Below are positions 18,773 to 27,668 of a stretch of 64,000 nucleotides of DNA, one piece after another. This DNA comes from Selenomonadaceae bacterium. GTDB taxonomy: Bacteria > Vulcanimicrobiota > Xenobia > Xenobiales > JADMJV01. The stretch is taken from NCBI GenBank assembly GCA_037189585.1, contig JBBCJA010000025.1, positions 22,080-86,079 on the forward strand, given 5' to 3'. The notes below the pieces were generated by a model. It was not told the DNA's origin and did no database searches. It saw nothing but the letters and a program-made list of their open reading frames with translations. The translations under genes were made by a program, and so were the position numbers. The stretch's first letter is position 1. Each line of letters opens with the position of its first letter.

Positions 18773-19666
18773 CTAGTTGATGGAGCGTTTGGCGAAGCTC
18801 TTGGCCACGGTCAAAAGGTCTTGCTCTTTCTTTAACAGCAGTCCCAAAAGCGGCACCGTTCCCTCTAAGAGCGATCCTCCGGCGCCCGCCACCTTGAGCG
18901 CCGCGATCCAGTCGATCAACTCGCTGGTGCTTGGCTTCTTGCGAAGTGGGGCTTCGCGAAGCGAGTAGAAGATCTCGAGCGCCTGACGGGCGATCTCTTT
19001 CTCCAGGTTGGGATGGTGGACGTCCAAGATCCGCTGCATGAATTCCGGCTGGGGGAAGTCGAGGTAGTGAAAAACACAGCGTCGCAGGAATGGATCGGGC
19101 AGCTCCTTTTCGTTGTTGCTGGTGATGATCACGGCGGGGCGATGCTTGGCCGTGACCTCCCTTCCCGTCTCACGCACGGTGAAAGTCATGCGGTCGAGCT
19201 CATTGAGCAGGTCGTTGGGGAACTCGATGTCGGCCTTGTCCACCTCGTCGATCAAAAGCACCACCCTCCGCTCGGCCTCGAAGGCCTTACCAAGAGGCCC
19301 AAGGCGGATGTACTGGGCGATATCTGCCACGTCGCGGTCTCCAAAACGGCTGTCGTACAGGCGCGAGACCGCGTCGTAGGTGTAGAGCCCTTCCTCGGCC
19401 TTGGTGGTGGACTTGATCGACCAACGGATCAGCTCCGTGTCCAGCGACTGGGCCAGGGCTTCCGCCAACAGAGTTTTCCCCGTACCAGGCTCTCCCCGGA
19501 CGAGAAGTGGCTTCTCCAGGGCCAACGCGCAGTTGACCGCTGCCTCCAGGGCCGGGTCGGAGAGATAGTCGGAGGTTCCTGAGAAACGGTGATAGTCGGT
19601 CATGCCGCTCTTGTTCTGGCCCCGAAGTCGGTGGCCCTTGGAGAAATGTTCACAGCCCGGATCCAA
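18773..19666 (-). CDS. MoxR/CoxD-like AAA+ ATPase
   Basis: Walker A GEPGTGKT, Walker B LLIDEVDKA and sensor motifs; 297 aa. Confidence 0.8.
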   Translation of the reverse strand: MDPGCEHFSKGHRLRGQNKSGMTDYHRFSGTSDYLSDPALEAAVNCALALEKPLLVRGEPGTGKTLLAEALAQSLDTELIRWSIKSTTKAEEGLYTYDAVSRLYDSRFGDRDVADIAQYIRLGPLGKAFEAERRVVLLIDEVDKADIEFPNDLLNELDRMTFTVRETGREVTAKHRPAVIITSNNEKELPDPFLRRCVFHYLDFPQPEFMQRILDVHHPNLEKEIARQALEIFYSLREAPLRKKPSTSELIDWIAALKVAGAGGSLLEGTVPLLGLLLKKEQDLLTVAKSFAKRSIN

Positions 19667-19698
19667 CCGCGCGGCCGGCTCCGGATACAGTCGTTTCT

Positions 19699-20574
19699 AT
19701 GATTGTCAACATGCCTTTCGTGCGCCCCTTCGCGGGCAACCTTCGCCCCAATCCCGCCGAGACCATTGAGAAAGGCGTCGAGCTCGGTGCCGATCCGGTA
19801 CAGCAGGACCTCTTCGCCCTATCCGCGGGCGTGGCCGACGTGAAGAGTGCCGCGGAGTTCGCCGAGGTGGGACGTTCCAAGGGCGTCGACTCCTGGCAAA
19901 AAGGGGCTTACAGCGTGGCCTCGGCTCTTTCGGGAAGTCCCGCCACCGGCCTGGGCCTCATCCAAACCGTGGAGAGTCTTTTCGCCGACCCGACCTCGCG
20001 GGGGTTCTTCGCGGTGGCGGGCTCGCTTTCGGGAGGTGAGGACCTTACCGCCCTCAGGGACCTGACCACCGGCTACGGCGCGACGCCGTCCGAGAACGGG
20101 TTGCTCGGCGTAGCCGGCGCGATGGCGGGACTAGAAGGGGCACAGGAGGCGATCAACCTGGGCCTGAGTGAAGGCTCTAACTCTCGAGAGGGAGCCTACT
20201 TCGCCCTGGCTACCGCGCTGGTAGGAGGCGCGCAAGAGCTGGGCTCGACGCTGGAGATCGCGCGCGACTTCGCCTCCTCCCCCACCCTGGCCGGTCCCTA
20301 CGCGGTGGCGGTGGCGCTAGCCGGAGCCGACGAGGCGACGGCTGCCCTACGCATGGCCGAGGACCTGGGGGAAAACGAGCAAGAAAAAGCGATGTTCGCC
20401 CTGGTAGGCGGACTGATCGGCGCCGAACGAGGGCCCGGGTTCGTCAGAATGAGTCGGGCTCTGTCGCCCACCGAGGGACAGACCGGAGCGATGGCCGTGG
20501 CGGCCGCCCTGACTGCGGCGGGAACCGAATCTCCGCGAGAAGCCGCGGTCGCGGCAGCTGTACTCGCCGGCTAG
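19699..20574 (+). CDS. Ala/Gly-rich internal-repeat protein of unknown function
   Basis: About seven ~27-aa repeats of the form G(A/F/L)(Y/F)xVAxAL(S/A)G...EAxxxLxxAEDLG. Confidence 0.45.
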   Translation: MIVNMPFVRPFAGNLRPNPAETIEKGVELGADPVQQDLFALSAGVADVKSAAEFAEVGRSKGVDSWQKGAYSVASALSGSPATGLGLIQTVESLFADPTSRGFFAVAGSLSGGEDLTALRDLTTGYGATPSENGLLGVAGAMAGLEGAQEAINLGLSEGSNSREGAYFALATALVGGAQELGSTLEIARDFASSPTLAGPYAVAVALAGADEATAALRMAEDLGENEQEKAMFALVGGLIGAERGPGFVRMSRALSPTEGQTGAMAVAAALTAAGTESPREAAVAAAVLAG

Positions 20575-21962
20575 TGTCCAATCTTGTCCAGAAACATCGT
20601 TCCTAGACCAAGCAGTAACGCGAACCCGATCCAGTCGGTGAAAGTGGTCAGCCAGACGGTGGAGGCGAGCGCCGGGTCTACCTTGAGGGCTTTCAAGCCC
20701 ATCGGGATAACCGAACCGGCGAATCCGGCACAGACAATGTTGAGCGTCATGGCGGTCATCACGATTCCCGCCATCCATATATTCTTGGTCAGAAGATAGG
20801 CCAGACTACCGGTCAGAAGTCCCGCCATTGACCCGTAGAGCAGCCCGAAACCGAGCTCCTTCATCACCAGTTCGCGAATATCGCGCTTATAGATCTCACC
20901 AAGGGCCAAACCGCGCACGACAAGCGTGGTGGTCTGACAGCCCGTATTTCCACCATGGCCTGCGATGATGGGCATAAAGGCCGCCAAGATGGCCACATGG
21001 GCCAGGGTTCCCTCGAAAAGACTGACCAGAAATGCCGACAAAAACCCGATCGTCAAATTTACCAGAAGCCAGGGAGCGCGCCGGCGTAGCGTCGCTCGTA
21101 CCGAGGAAAGCGCCTCTGACTCAGCGTCGAGACCAACCTGCAGGTAGATGTCCTCGGTGGCCTCCTCGATCTGCACGTCCAGCACGTCGTCCGCGGTCAG
21201 AACACCTAACAGAACCCCTTCATCGTCCACCACGGGAAGAGCGAGAAGGTCGAAGTGACGTAACCGCTGAGCCGCGTCCTCCTGGTCCAGGGCGACGTTG
21301 ACCGAAATGACGTCGCGCACCTCGATGTCGGCCAGAAGCGCCTTGGGGTCGGCGGTGATCAAACGGCGTAGGTCGATGACGCCGCGCAGGTGACCTTGTT
21401 TATCCACCGTGTACAGATAGAAGGGGTGCTCTGTATCCGGTGACAGTCGACGCAGATAGTCAAGACCTTCGGCCACGGTCCAGCCGGTTTGCAAGGCCAG
21501 GATATCACGAGACATCCAGCGGCCGACGGAGTCCTCCGGTAGAGAGAGAATGTCGGTGATAGTGGACGAAGTCGGAGCGTCCAGGCGCGAGAGGATCTCG
21601 TGCACCCGCTCGTCGGGAAGCTCCTCGACTAAATCCGCGGCCAGATCCTCGTCGATAAGAACGAGGACCTCCGAGAGAACATCGGGGTCCAGCGATTCCA
21701 ACAGCTCCGTCCGAGCGGATTCATTGAAGAACTCGAGGAGGTCGGCCAGCCCATCCTGGTCGTAGAGCTCCACCAGTTCCAGGCGTTTGGACGGGCTCAG
21801 CTCTTCTAAAAAGTCCGCCTGGTCGGCTGGATGCAAGGACCAAAGCCGCTCCACGACCCGTTCGGACGGCTCGGAGTCGACCACGGGAAGCAACTCTTCG
21901 AGCAGAAGCTCCCGGCGTTCAAGTTCGTCGAGGCTCGCTCCGACATCCGGGCGAGAACTCAA
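20571..21962 (-). CDS. mgtE: magnesium transporter MgtE
   Basis: Acidic N-terminal domain, tandem CBS domains and a C-terminal TM domain with GGNTGCQTTTLVVRGLALGEI. Confidence 0.85.
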   Translation of the reverse strand: MSSRPDVGASLDELERRELLLEELLPVVDSEPSERVVERLWSLHPADQADFLEELSPSKRLELVELYDQDGLADLLEFFNESARTELLESLDPDVLSEVLVLIDEDLAADLVEELPDERVHEILSRLDAPTSSTITDILSLPEDSVGRWMSRDILALQTGWTVAEGLDYLRRLSPDTEHPFYLYTVDKQGHLRGVIDLRRLITADPKALLADIEVRDVISVNVALDQEDAAQRLRHFDLLALPVVDDEGVLLGVLTADDVLDVQIEEATEDIYLQVGLDAESEALSSVRATLRRRAPWLLVNLTIGFLSAFLVSLFEGTLAHVAILAAFMPIIAGHGGNTGCQTTTLVVRGLALGEIYKRDIRELVMKELGFGLLYGSMAGLLTGSLAYLLTKNIWMAGIVMTAMTLNIVCAGFAGSVIPMGLKALKVDPALASTVWLTTFTDWIGFALLLGLGTMFLDKIGH

Positions 21963-22122
21963 GACGCGACTCTTGCTGACAAAGAGATATGGCTGTTCGC
22001 GCGCGACATGCGCCCTGGGGTTCTCTTCGGTTCATCCAAGGCCTGCCCTAGGCGGGGTATAGGGGTCGGTTTTTTCTCTACCTATCTTTACATTGCAAAG
22101 TCAAACCGTTATCATAGCGCGG

Positions 22123-22719
22123 ATGAATGTTTCTCAGGCCTTAGAACAGCTCGACGAGATTCGCCATCATTTGGGCCGAAACGAGGTCTACCGGGGATAC
22201 AGGTCCAGGACCATCGCTCTCACCGGAGCGAGCGGGGTGCTGGCCGCTATGGCGATGTCGGTGTGGGCCTCCTCCGCGGGAGAACTTTCGCGGGTGGGCT
22301 TTTGGGTCGCGGTCGCGGCTTTCAACCTGGCCATTATGGCCTGGGAAGTTCTCGGTGACTACGGTAACCATCGAACGGAGCACCAGCGTAAGATCACCCG
22401 GCGCACGGTCGGACAGTTTCTCCCGTCGCTGGCCCTTGGGGCGGTGCTAACACTCGCCATCGCCGGCCGCGGAGAGGCGCTCAACTTGCTACCGGGTCTG
22501 TGGGCAGGGCTCTTCGCGCTAGGAATTTTCTCTTCTCGCCCCTACTTGCCGCGCGGTGTGGGCTGGGTCGGCGCTTACTACCTGATCGCCTCGGCGCTCT
22601 TGATCAGTTTTGAGGGTAGCGCGCTCAGTCAACCCTGGGCGATGGGAGGCTGTTTCGGACTTGGCCAGGCAGCCATGGCCTGGGTGCTGTATCAAAATCT
22701 TGAAAGGAAGACGGCATGA
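22123..22719 (+). CDS. integral membrane protein of unknown function
   Basis: Four to five hydrophobic helices. Translationally coupled (ATGA) to the downstream regulator gene. Confidence 0.45.
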   Translation: MNVSQALEQLDEIRHHLGRNEVYRGYRSRTIALTGASGVLAAMAMSVWASSAGELSRVGFWVAVAAFNLAIMAWEVLGDYGNHRTEHQRKITRRTVGQFLPSLALGAVLTLAIAGRGEALNLLPGLWAGLFALGIFSSRPYLPRGVGWVGAYYLIASALLISFEGSALSQPWAMGGCFGLGQAAMAWVLYQNLERKTA

Positions 22720-23078
22720 ATGATGATGATGCAGGCAGATTCGCCTATAACGGTCTGGATCGCGTACTACACGAAAAAGCTCGGCTGGGAATTCTCACCT
22801 CGCTTTTCACTCACGTTGAGGGTTTGACGTTTAACGATATCAAGACGCTCTGTTCCTTAACCGATGGAAACCTGAGTCGCCATCTGCAAGTTCTCGAACG
22901 TGAAAGTCTTGTGGAGATCGTGAAAGAAACAGGATCAGGGCGTCCCCAGACCACGTGTTTTCTTACCGATTCTGGACGCCAGCGATATCTCGATTACTTG
23001 GAAGAACTGCAGACCGTTTTGCGAGCGGTGGCCCAGCGAGATCAAACCCAATTCGGAGCAGGTTTTAGCCCCGCCTAG
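22716..23078 (+). CDS. winged-helix transcriptional regulator (HTH_34-like)
   Basis: LDRVLHEKARLGILTSL...LTDGNLSRHLQVLERESLVEIVKETGSGRPQTTCFLTDSGRQRY pattern. Confidence 0.6.
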   Translation: MNDDDAGRFAYNGLDRVLHEKARLGILTSLFTHVEGLTFNDIKTLCSLTDGNLSRHLQVLERESLVEIVKETGSGRPQTTCFLTDSGRQRYLDYLEELQTVLRAVAQRDQTQFGAGFSPA

Positions 23079-23146
23079 CGGAGCGGACCGCTCTTTTTTT
23101 TACCCCAACACTTTGCAACACAAAGCAAGAAAGGCGAAAATCAAGT

Positions 23147-23998
23147 ATGTTAGTGATTTTAGCGGACCACCTCGGAATGTGTTTCGGAGTCAAGGATGCG
23201 CTCACCATGATGAGAGAGCTTCCAGAGCCCAAGGATGTCACCGTTTATGGTGAGTTGGTGCACAACCCCGTGGTGCTCGACGAAATGGAGTCTCGAGGTT
23301 TTCGGCAGCTTTCCGAAACAGACCGGGGAGTTCCAGAAACCCGACAAGTGCTGGTCACCGCTCACGGGATCAGTAACACGACCCGACAGCGGTTGGAATC
23401 AGCCGGGAAGGTCTTGCTGGACACGACCTGCCCCCTCGTGCGAAGGGTTCATAAAGCCGCGCTCCACTACCAGAATCTGGGCTACACTGTCGTCGTAGTG
23501 GGGCGCCAAGGACATGTCGAAGTGGAGGGACTCGTCGGAGACCTGGATCGCCATCACGTAGTGTCAACTCCGGAAGAAGTTCGTTCCTGGTCTGACGCTC
23601 GTCTGGCCGTGGTCAATCAGACAACCATCCCGCCCGATCAAGTTCAGGAGGTCCATCGCGCGATCCGTGCTTTAAACTTCGACCGCGACCTGGTCTTCGT
23701 CGATACGGTCTGTGGTCCGACCCGGGACCGTCAAAGCGCGGTGGAGCGCTTGGTGGAACGGGTGGACGCTCTCGTCGTGGTGGGCGGGCCGAAAAGTCAC
23801 AACACCTTACAACTGGGTCGCAAGGCTGAACTTCGAGGCAAGCCTTGGTGGCGGGTTTCCTGCGCCGAGGAGCTACGTCGAGAATGGTTCCTGGGAATGC
23901 GCCTCGTGGGCTTGACCGCCGGCACCTCCACCACCGACGAGACGGTAGCAGAGGTCCACCGGCGCCTTCGTGCCTTGCCCGGTCAAAGAACTGCCTGA
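23147..23998 (+). CDS. ispH: 4-hydroxy-3-methylbut-2-enyl diphosphate reductase
   Basis: CFGVKDA, HNPVV, VTAHGIS, DTTCPLV and DTVCGPT blocks with the three conserved Cys. Confidence 0.85.
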   Translation: MLVILADHLGMCFGVKDALTMMRELPEPKDVTVYGELVHNPVVLDEMESRGFRQLSETDRGVPETRQVLVTAHGISNTTRQRLESAGKVLLDTTCPLVRRVHKAALHYQNLGYTVVVVGRQGHVEVEGLVGDLDRHHVVSTPEEVRSWSDARLAVVNQTTIPPDQVQEVHRAIRALNFDRDLVFVDTVCGPTRDRQSAVERLVERVDALVVVGGPKSHNTLQLGRKAELRGKPWWRVSCAEELRREWFLGMRLVGLTAGTSTTDETVAEVHRRLRALPGQRTA

Positions 23999-24053
23999 AA
24001 AATGTTCTATATAGCTGCGGGATGAAGGTAAATTCGGCGCGAAGAGTGTCTTA

Positions 24054-24803
24054 GTGAGCCGGATCAGTCTCTATCCCGAAGCCGCCCACGGCGGTATTCT
24101 AGAGCGTCACACCGATTGGGAACCCTCGGGGGGTAGCGGCGTCTATCGACGACGATTGGTCGTATGGCGAAATTTCACACGCTGTAATCGGCACTGCCAA
24201 CTCCTCATTTTCCTCGACGGGCAAAATCTCTTCGAGACCGATCATGAAGGTCCGAACCCCCACTGGTCGGCGGAAAGGCATCTGTCGACGGTGGAGGAAC
24301 CGCTCCTGGTCGCGGCCGTTCCCGCCAGCCGGCGGCGCTATCCGGAGTACGTCGGCTGGAGCGAGGAGCACTACTCTCCCGCCGGGCCCAGTCATGCCGA
24401 GTTTCTGGTTCACTGCGTGCTACCCTATCTCATCTCGCTTTACCCGAACGCCAGGCTTCGTGGCTTAGTCGGCGCCTCGGCTGGAGGAGTGGCCGCTCTT
24501 TACACGGGCTGGTGTTATCCTAAACTTTTCCCCGGTATCGGATGCCTGTCGGCCGGCCGGCACTACTTCGGCGAACTGCTCTCGCGTTTCGAGGGGATTC
24601 CGGCACCCAAGATCTATCTGTCCTGCGGGAATCGCGGCATGGACACCGCCTTTCAAACAACCAATCGCGAGCTCGCGAAGGCTCTCCGCTCGCGTGGTGC
24701 CGAGGTTCGCTTGCGCCTCCATCAGGGAGATCATTCGGAACCGGTTTGGAGTCGACGGTTGCCGGACTTGCTGAATTTCCTCCTAGTGCTGCGTCAAGCC
24801 TAA
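24054..24803 (+). CDS. esterase-family alpha/beta-hydrolase
   Basis: GASAGG nucleophile elbow; putative-esterase layout; GTG start. Confidence 0.55.
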   Translation: MSRISLYPEAAHGGILERHTDWEPSGGSGVYRRRLVVWRNFTRCNRHCQLLIFLDGQNLFETDHEGPNPHWSAERHLSTVEEPLLVAAVPASRRRYPEYVGWSEEHYSPAGPSHAEFLVHCVLPYLISLYPNARLRGLVGASAGGVAALYTGWCYPKLFPGIGCLSAGRHYFGELLSRFEGIPAPKIYLSCGNRGMDTAFQTTNRELAKALRSRGAEVRLRLHQGDHSEPVWSRRLPDLLNFLLVLRQA

Positions 24804-24821
24804 AGCGGGCTCAGCACCGGA

Positions 24822-25472
24822 TTAATGTCCGGTGATGGAGCCCAGGTATTTTTCCAGGATGCTCACCATCTCTTGGTAAGTCATAAAACCGAAAAACGAA
24901 TGTAGCCTGTATCCAGAATTGTCTAGAATCACGTAGTAAGGCACCTTGTCGCCTTCGAAATAACCAGCATAGTCTCGAAAGCTCGGAGACTTTGGAGCTT
25001 CAAGGTCCACCTGCACCACTTCCACCACCGGTGACTTAGACAGGTCTTCGAGCGTCGGTTGCATCGCCTGGGTCGCTGGACACCATGAGGTCCCAAAGAC
25101 GACCAGGATCCCTTCTCCACCCCAAACTCCCCTATTGCTCCCTTCTCCGGCCGCGCGATAGAGATCAATGGTCTTGAACTCTTTGTTCACGACCACTCTG
25201 ACGAGTTCTGGGGGGAGCTGATCTAATCGAGCCCAAACGATCCCTCCATCCTCGGAAACGGGAATGGTGTGGCCGCCAAGAGTCCAGCCAGCCGAACTTT
25301 GCTCGGCTCTGAGGCTCATCGCCTTGGCCAGGTCGTTCAGCGAAATCTTGATCTCCGAGCCGACCCCCATGACGCGTCCTTTGAACGGCTGGTTGGCCAC
25401 AAAAATCTGTTCTGCCGCGACGGCGGTGACCAGGACCAAGAATGTCGCGAGCAATAAGAGAATGCGCTTCAT
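24822..25472 (-). CDS. secreted thioredoxin-fold protein
   Basis: Signal peptide MKRILLLLATFLVLVTAVAA. An FGTSWCPATQ thioredoxin-like motif in which the second Cys is replaced. Confidence 0.5.
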   Translation of the reverse strand: MKRILLLLATFLVLVTAVAAEQIFVANQPFKGRVMGVGSEIKISLNDLAKAMSLRAEQSSAGWTLGGHTIPVSEDGGIVWARLDQLPPELVRVVVNKEFKTIDLYRAAGEGSNRGVWGGEGILVVFGTSWCPATQAMQPTLEDLSKSPVVEVVQVDLEAPKSPSFRDYAGYFEGDKVPYYVILDNSGYRLHSFFGFMTYQEMVSILEKYLGSITGH

Positions 25473-25514
25473 TCTATCTAGCTTCCCGCCCTGGACGAAC
25501 GACCCTCTACTTGA

Positions 25515-25916
25515 TCAATTTGAGGACAGTGCCTCCGAGAGCTTGGCCGCGATTGCGGCAAGTTCAGCTTGGTCGACCTCGCTGGCGGCGTGGGCGAAGC
25601 TAAGTTGGGATTCCTCGGAGATCGGAACGAGGTGAAGATGGGCGTGCGGAACTTCGAATCCGGCGATGATCATGCCGATACGGCTCGGCTTGAACACCTC
25701 CATCTGCGCCTTCCCCACCCGCTGAGCCACCCTCATCAAGTGGGCGTTCGCTTCGGTGTCGAGATCGATCCAGTGGGAGACCTCCGCGATGGGAACCACC
25801 AGAGTGTGGCCTGGCCGGATGGGATTGATGGAGAGAAAAGCCGCACAAACATCGTCGCGGTGAACGAAATGTCCCGGCCACACGCCGGTGAGGATCTTGG
25901 TAAAAACGGTGCTCAT
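25515..25916 (-). CDS. HIT-family hydrolase
   Basis: Histidine-triad motif HAHLHLVP. Confidence 0.75.
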   Translation of the reverse strand: MSTVFTKILTGVWPGHFVHRDDVCAAFLSINPIRPGHTLVVPIAEVSHWIDLDTEANAHLMRVAQRVGKAQMEVFKPSRIGMIIAGFEVPHAHLHLVPISEESQLSFAHAASEVDQAELAAIAAKLSEALSSN

Positions 25917-26003
25917 AGAGGGATCTGCTTCGTATTGGGGGCGATGAGAGCCTCTTAGCGTTGGACTGAAGGGACCGCGGCACCACTCACCAAACTGCGA
26001 AGA

Positions 26004-26882
26004 ATGCCAGAGCTACCAGAGGTTGAAACGGTTAGGCGCAGTTTGGTCGACCATCTGCCCGGGAGAGAGATCCTGACAGCGGAGGTCCGCGATCCTTATG
26101 TTCTGCGCGGACAGCCGGTCGCGGACTTCACCAGAGCGCTTCAAGGACAAACCTTCCAGACACTGGAGCGGCATGGAAAGCTCCTGTACTTCCCGTTCGA
26201 GCACGGTTCGCTGATCGTCCATCTGGGCATGACCGGACAGCTCACCGTTCGCCTACCGAATCGCGACGACACCGCTTTCACCCGGCACGAGACCACCGGA
26301 CTGCAGCGTACGTTACAGCATCCCCCCGACAAGCATACTCACATCAGCCTCCATCTCGACGGCGGCGTCGAGGTACACTACCGGGACATTCGAAAATTCG
26401 GTCGTGTCTTTTTCATCCCCGAAACCACACGGGAGGAGATCGTGAGTCGCTTCGTTCTAGGCGTCGATCCCCTCTCGGAGGCGTTCAGCCGCTCTTACCT
26501 GGCCGGCGGGCTGATGACGAGAAAAACCGCCATCAAGGCGGCCCTCCTAGATCAAAAGCTCTTGGCCGGCCTGGGCAACATCTATGTCGATGAAGCCCTC
26601 TTTCTAGCCGGCATTCGACCCGGACGGGGCGCCTTCCGAGTGCGCGGCCAGCAACTCAACCGGTTGACCGAGGCGATCCCTCAAGTCCTCAACAAAGGAC
26701 TTGAAGCCGGAGGCACAACCTTGAGAGATTTCGTCAGCGGCCTTGGGGAAGCCGGATACAACCAGGAAGACCTTCTGGTCTACGGGCGCTATGGAAAGCC
26801 ATGCCCCATTTGTGGGGAAACCCTTCGACGAGGAGAGTTTGGCGGACGGACCACCACCTGGTGCGCACGCTGCCAGCACTGA
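26004..26882 (+). CDS. mutM: formamidopyrimidine-DNA glycosylase
   Basis: N-terminal MPELPEVE and a C-terminal zinc finger CPICGx..CxxCQ. Confidence 0.9.
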   Translation: MPELPEVETVRRSLVDHLPGREILTAEVRDPYVLRGQPVADFTRALQGQTFQTLERHGKLLYFPFEHGSLIVHLGMTGQLTVRLPNRDDTAFTRHETTGLQRTLQHPPDKHTHISLHLDGGVEVHYRDIRKFGRVFFIPETTREEIVSRFVLGVDPLSEAFSRSYLAGGLMTRKTAIKAALLDQKLLAGLGNIYVDEALFLAGIRPGRGAFRVRGQQLNRLTEAIPQVLNKGLEAGGTTLRDFVSGLGEAGYNQEDLLVYGRYGKPCPICGETLRRGEFGGRTTTWCARCQH

Positions 26883-27241
26883 TTAGTGCTAAATTGACTA
26901 CCAGCCCAGTTTCGCCTCACCCACCTTGCAAACCAGAATTTTGGATAGAAACCCCGAATTTTTTGATCATGGTTCATTCCAACTCCCCCATTTTTGACTA
27001 GATCGCCAAAATTGGATATGGGCGTGCATTTCTTGGTAAATTTGTACCAAACATCAATTCTGATGTTTGACCTTTGGGAATGAGGGAACAGTCATTTGGG
27101 TAGTTTGACCGCCGAGGTCTCCCCCTCGATCCAGGCGAGCCTTCGCCGTCCGAGGCGGGAGTGGGTTGGGCGGCGATGCAAACAAGGAAACATCGTCCAC
27201 AGGTCAACTGCCCACCTATGCTTCTTTCAGGGGGGCAAAAC

Positions 27242-27278
27242 GAGACCGCTTCAAAGTCGAGGCGGTCTTTTTGTTTTG
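27242..27278. terminator. rho-independent terminator-like hairpin
   Basis: gagaccgcttcaaagtcgaggcggtctc stem followed by TTTTGTTTTG. Confidence 0.5.
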
Positions 27279-27460
27279 TTAACCAGGACTGGGCATCAGT
27301 TCACAACTTGGTCACAGAGTCGACCCGAGTTTCAGAATAGAATGCCGCCACGAGATGAAGAGGCCGCCGGGTCCTTCATCGCGTGAATCACATCCGAAGA
27401 CGGGTCATCGGTCCACACTTTACGTGGACCCTTCGGTAAGCTTTAGATGAGGAGGCTTGC

Positions 27461-27556
27461 ATGAATCAGGACGCCAGCCGGTCCGAGCTCACGCTCTGTG
27501 GACCGTCGAACCTTGATGCGTTGCGGCTCTATTTCGAGTCCCTACGCCGATCATAA
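27461..27556 (+). CDS. possible 31-aa small ORF (uORF or leader peptide)
   Basis: Strong AGGAGG RBS 7 nt before the ATG, with two perfect stem-loops upstream and an agaagg/ccttct hairpin plus T-run downstream. No homology was recognised. Confidence 0.25.
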   Translation: MNQDASRSELTLCGPSNLDALRLYFESLRRS

Positions 27557-27668
27557 CTTTCCGCTGACCACGTCGATTAGGAGAAGGGTGCTCACCGTCA
27601 GGTGTGGCGCCTTCTTTTCATCTACGACCAGGAACGTCGTGAATCTTATTCAAGAAGCTCTCTAACCA

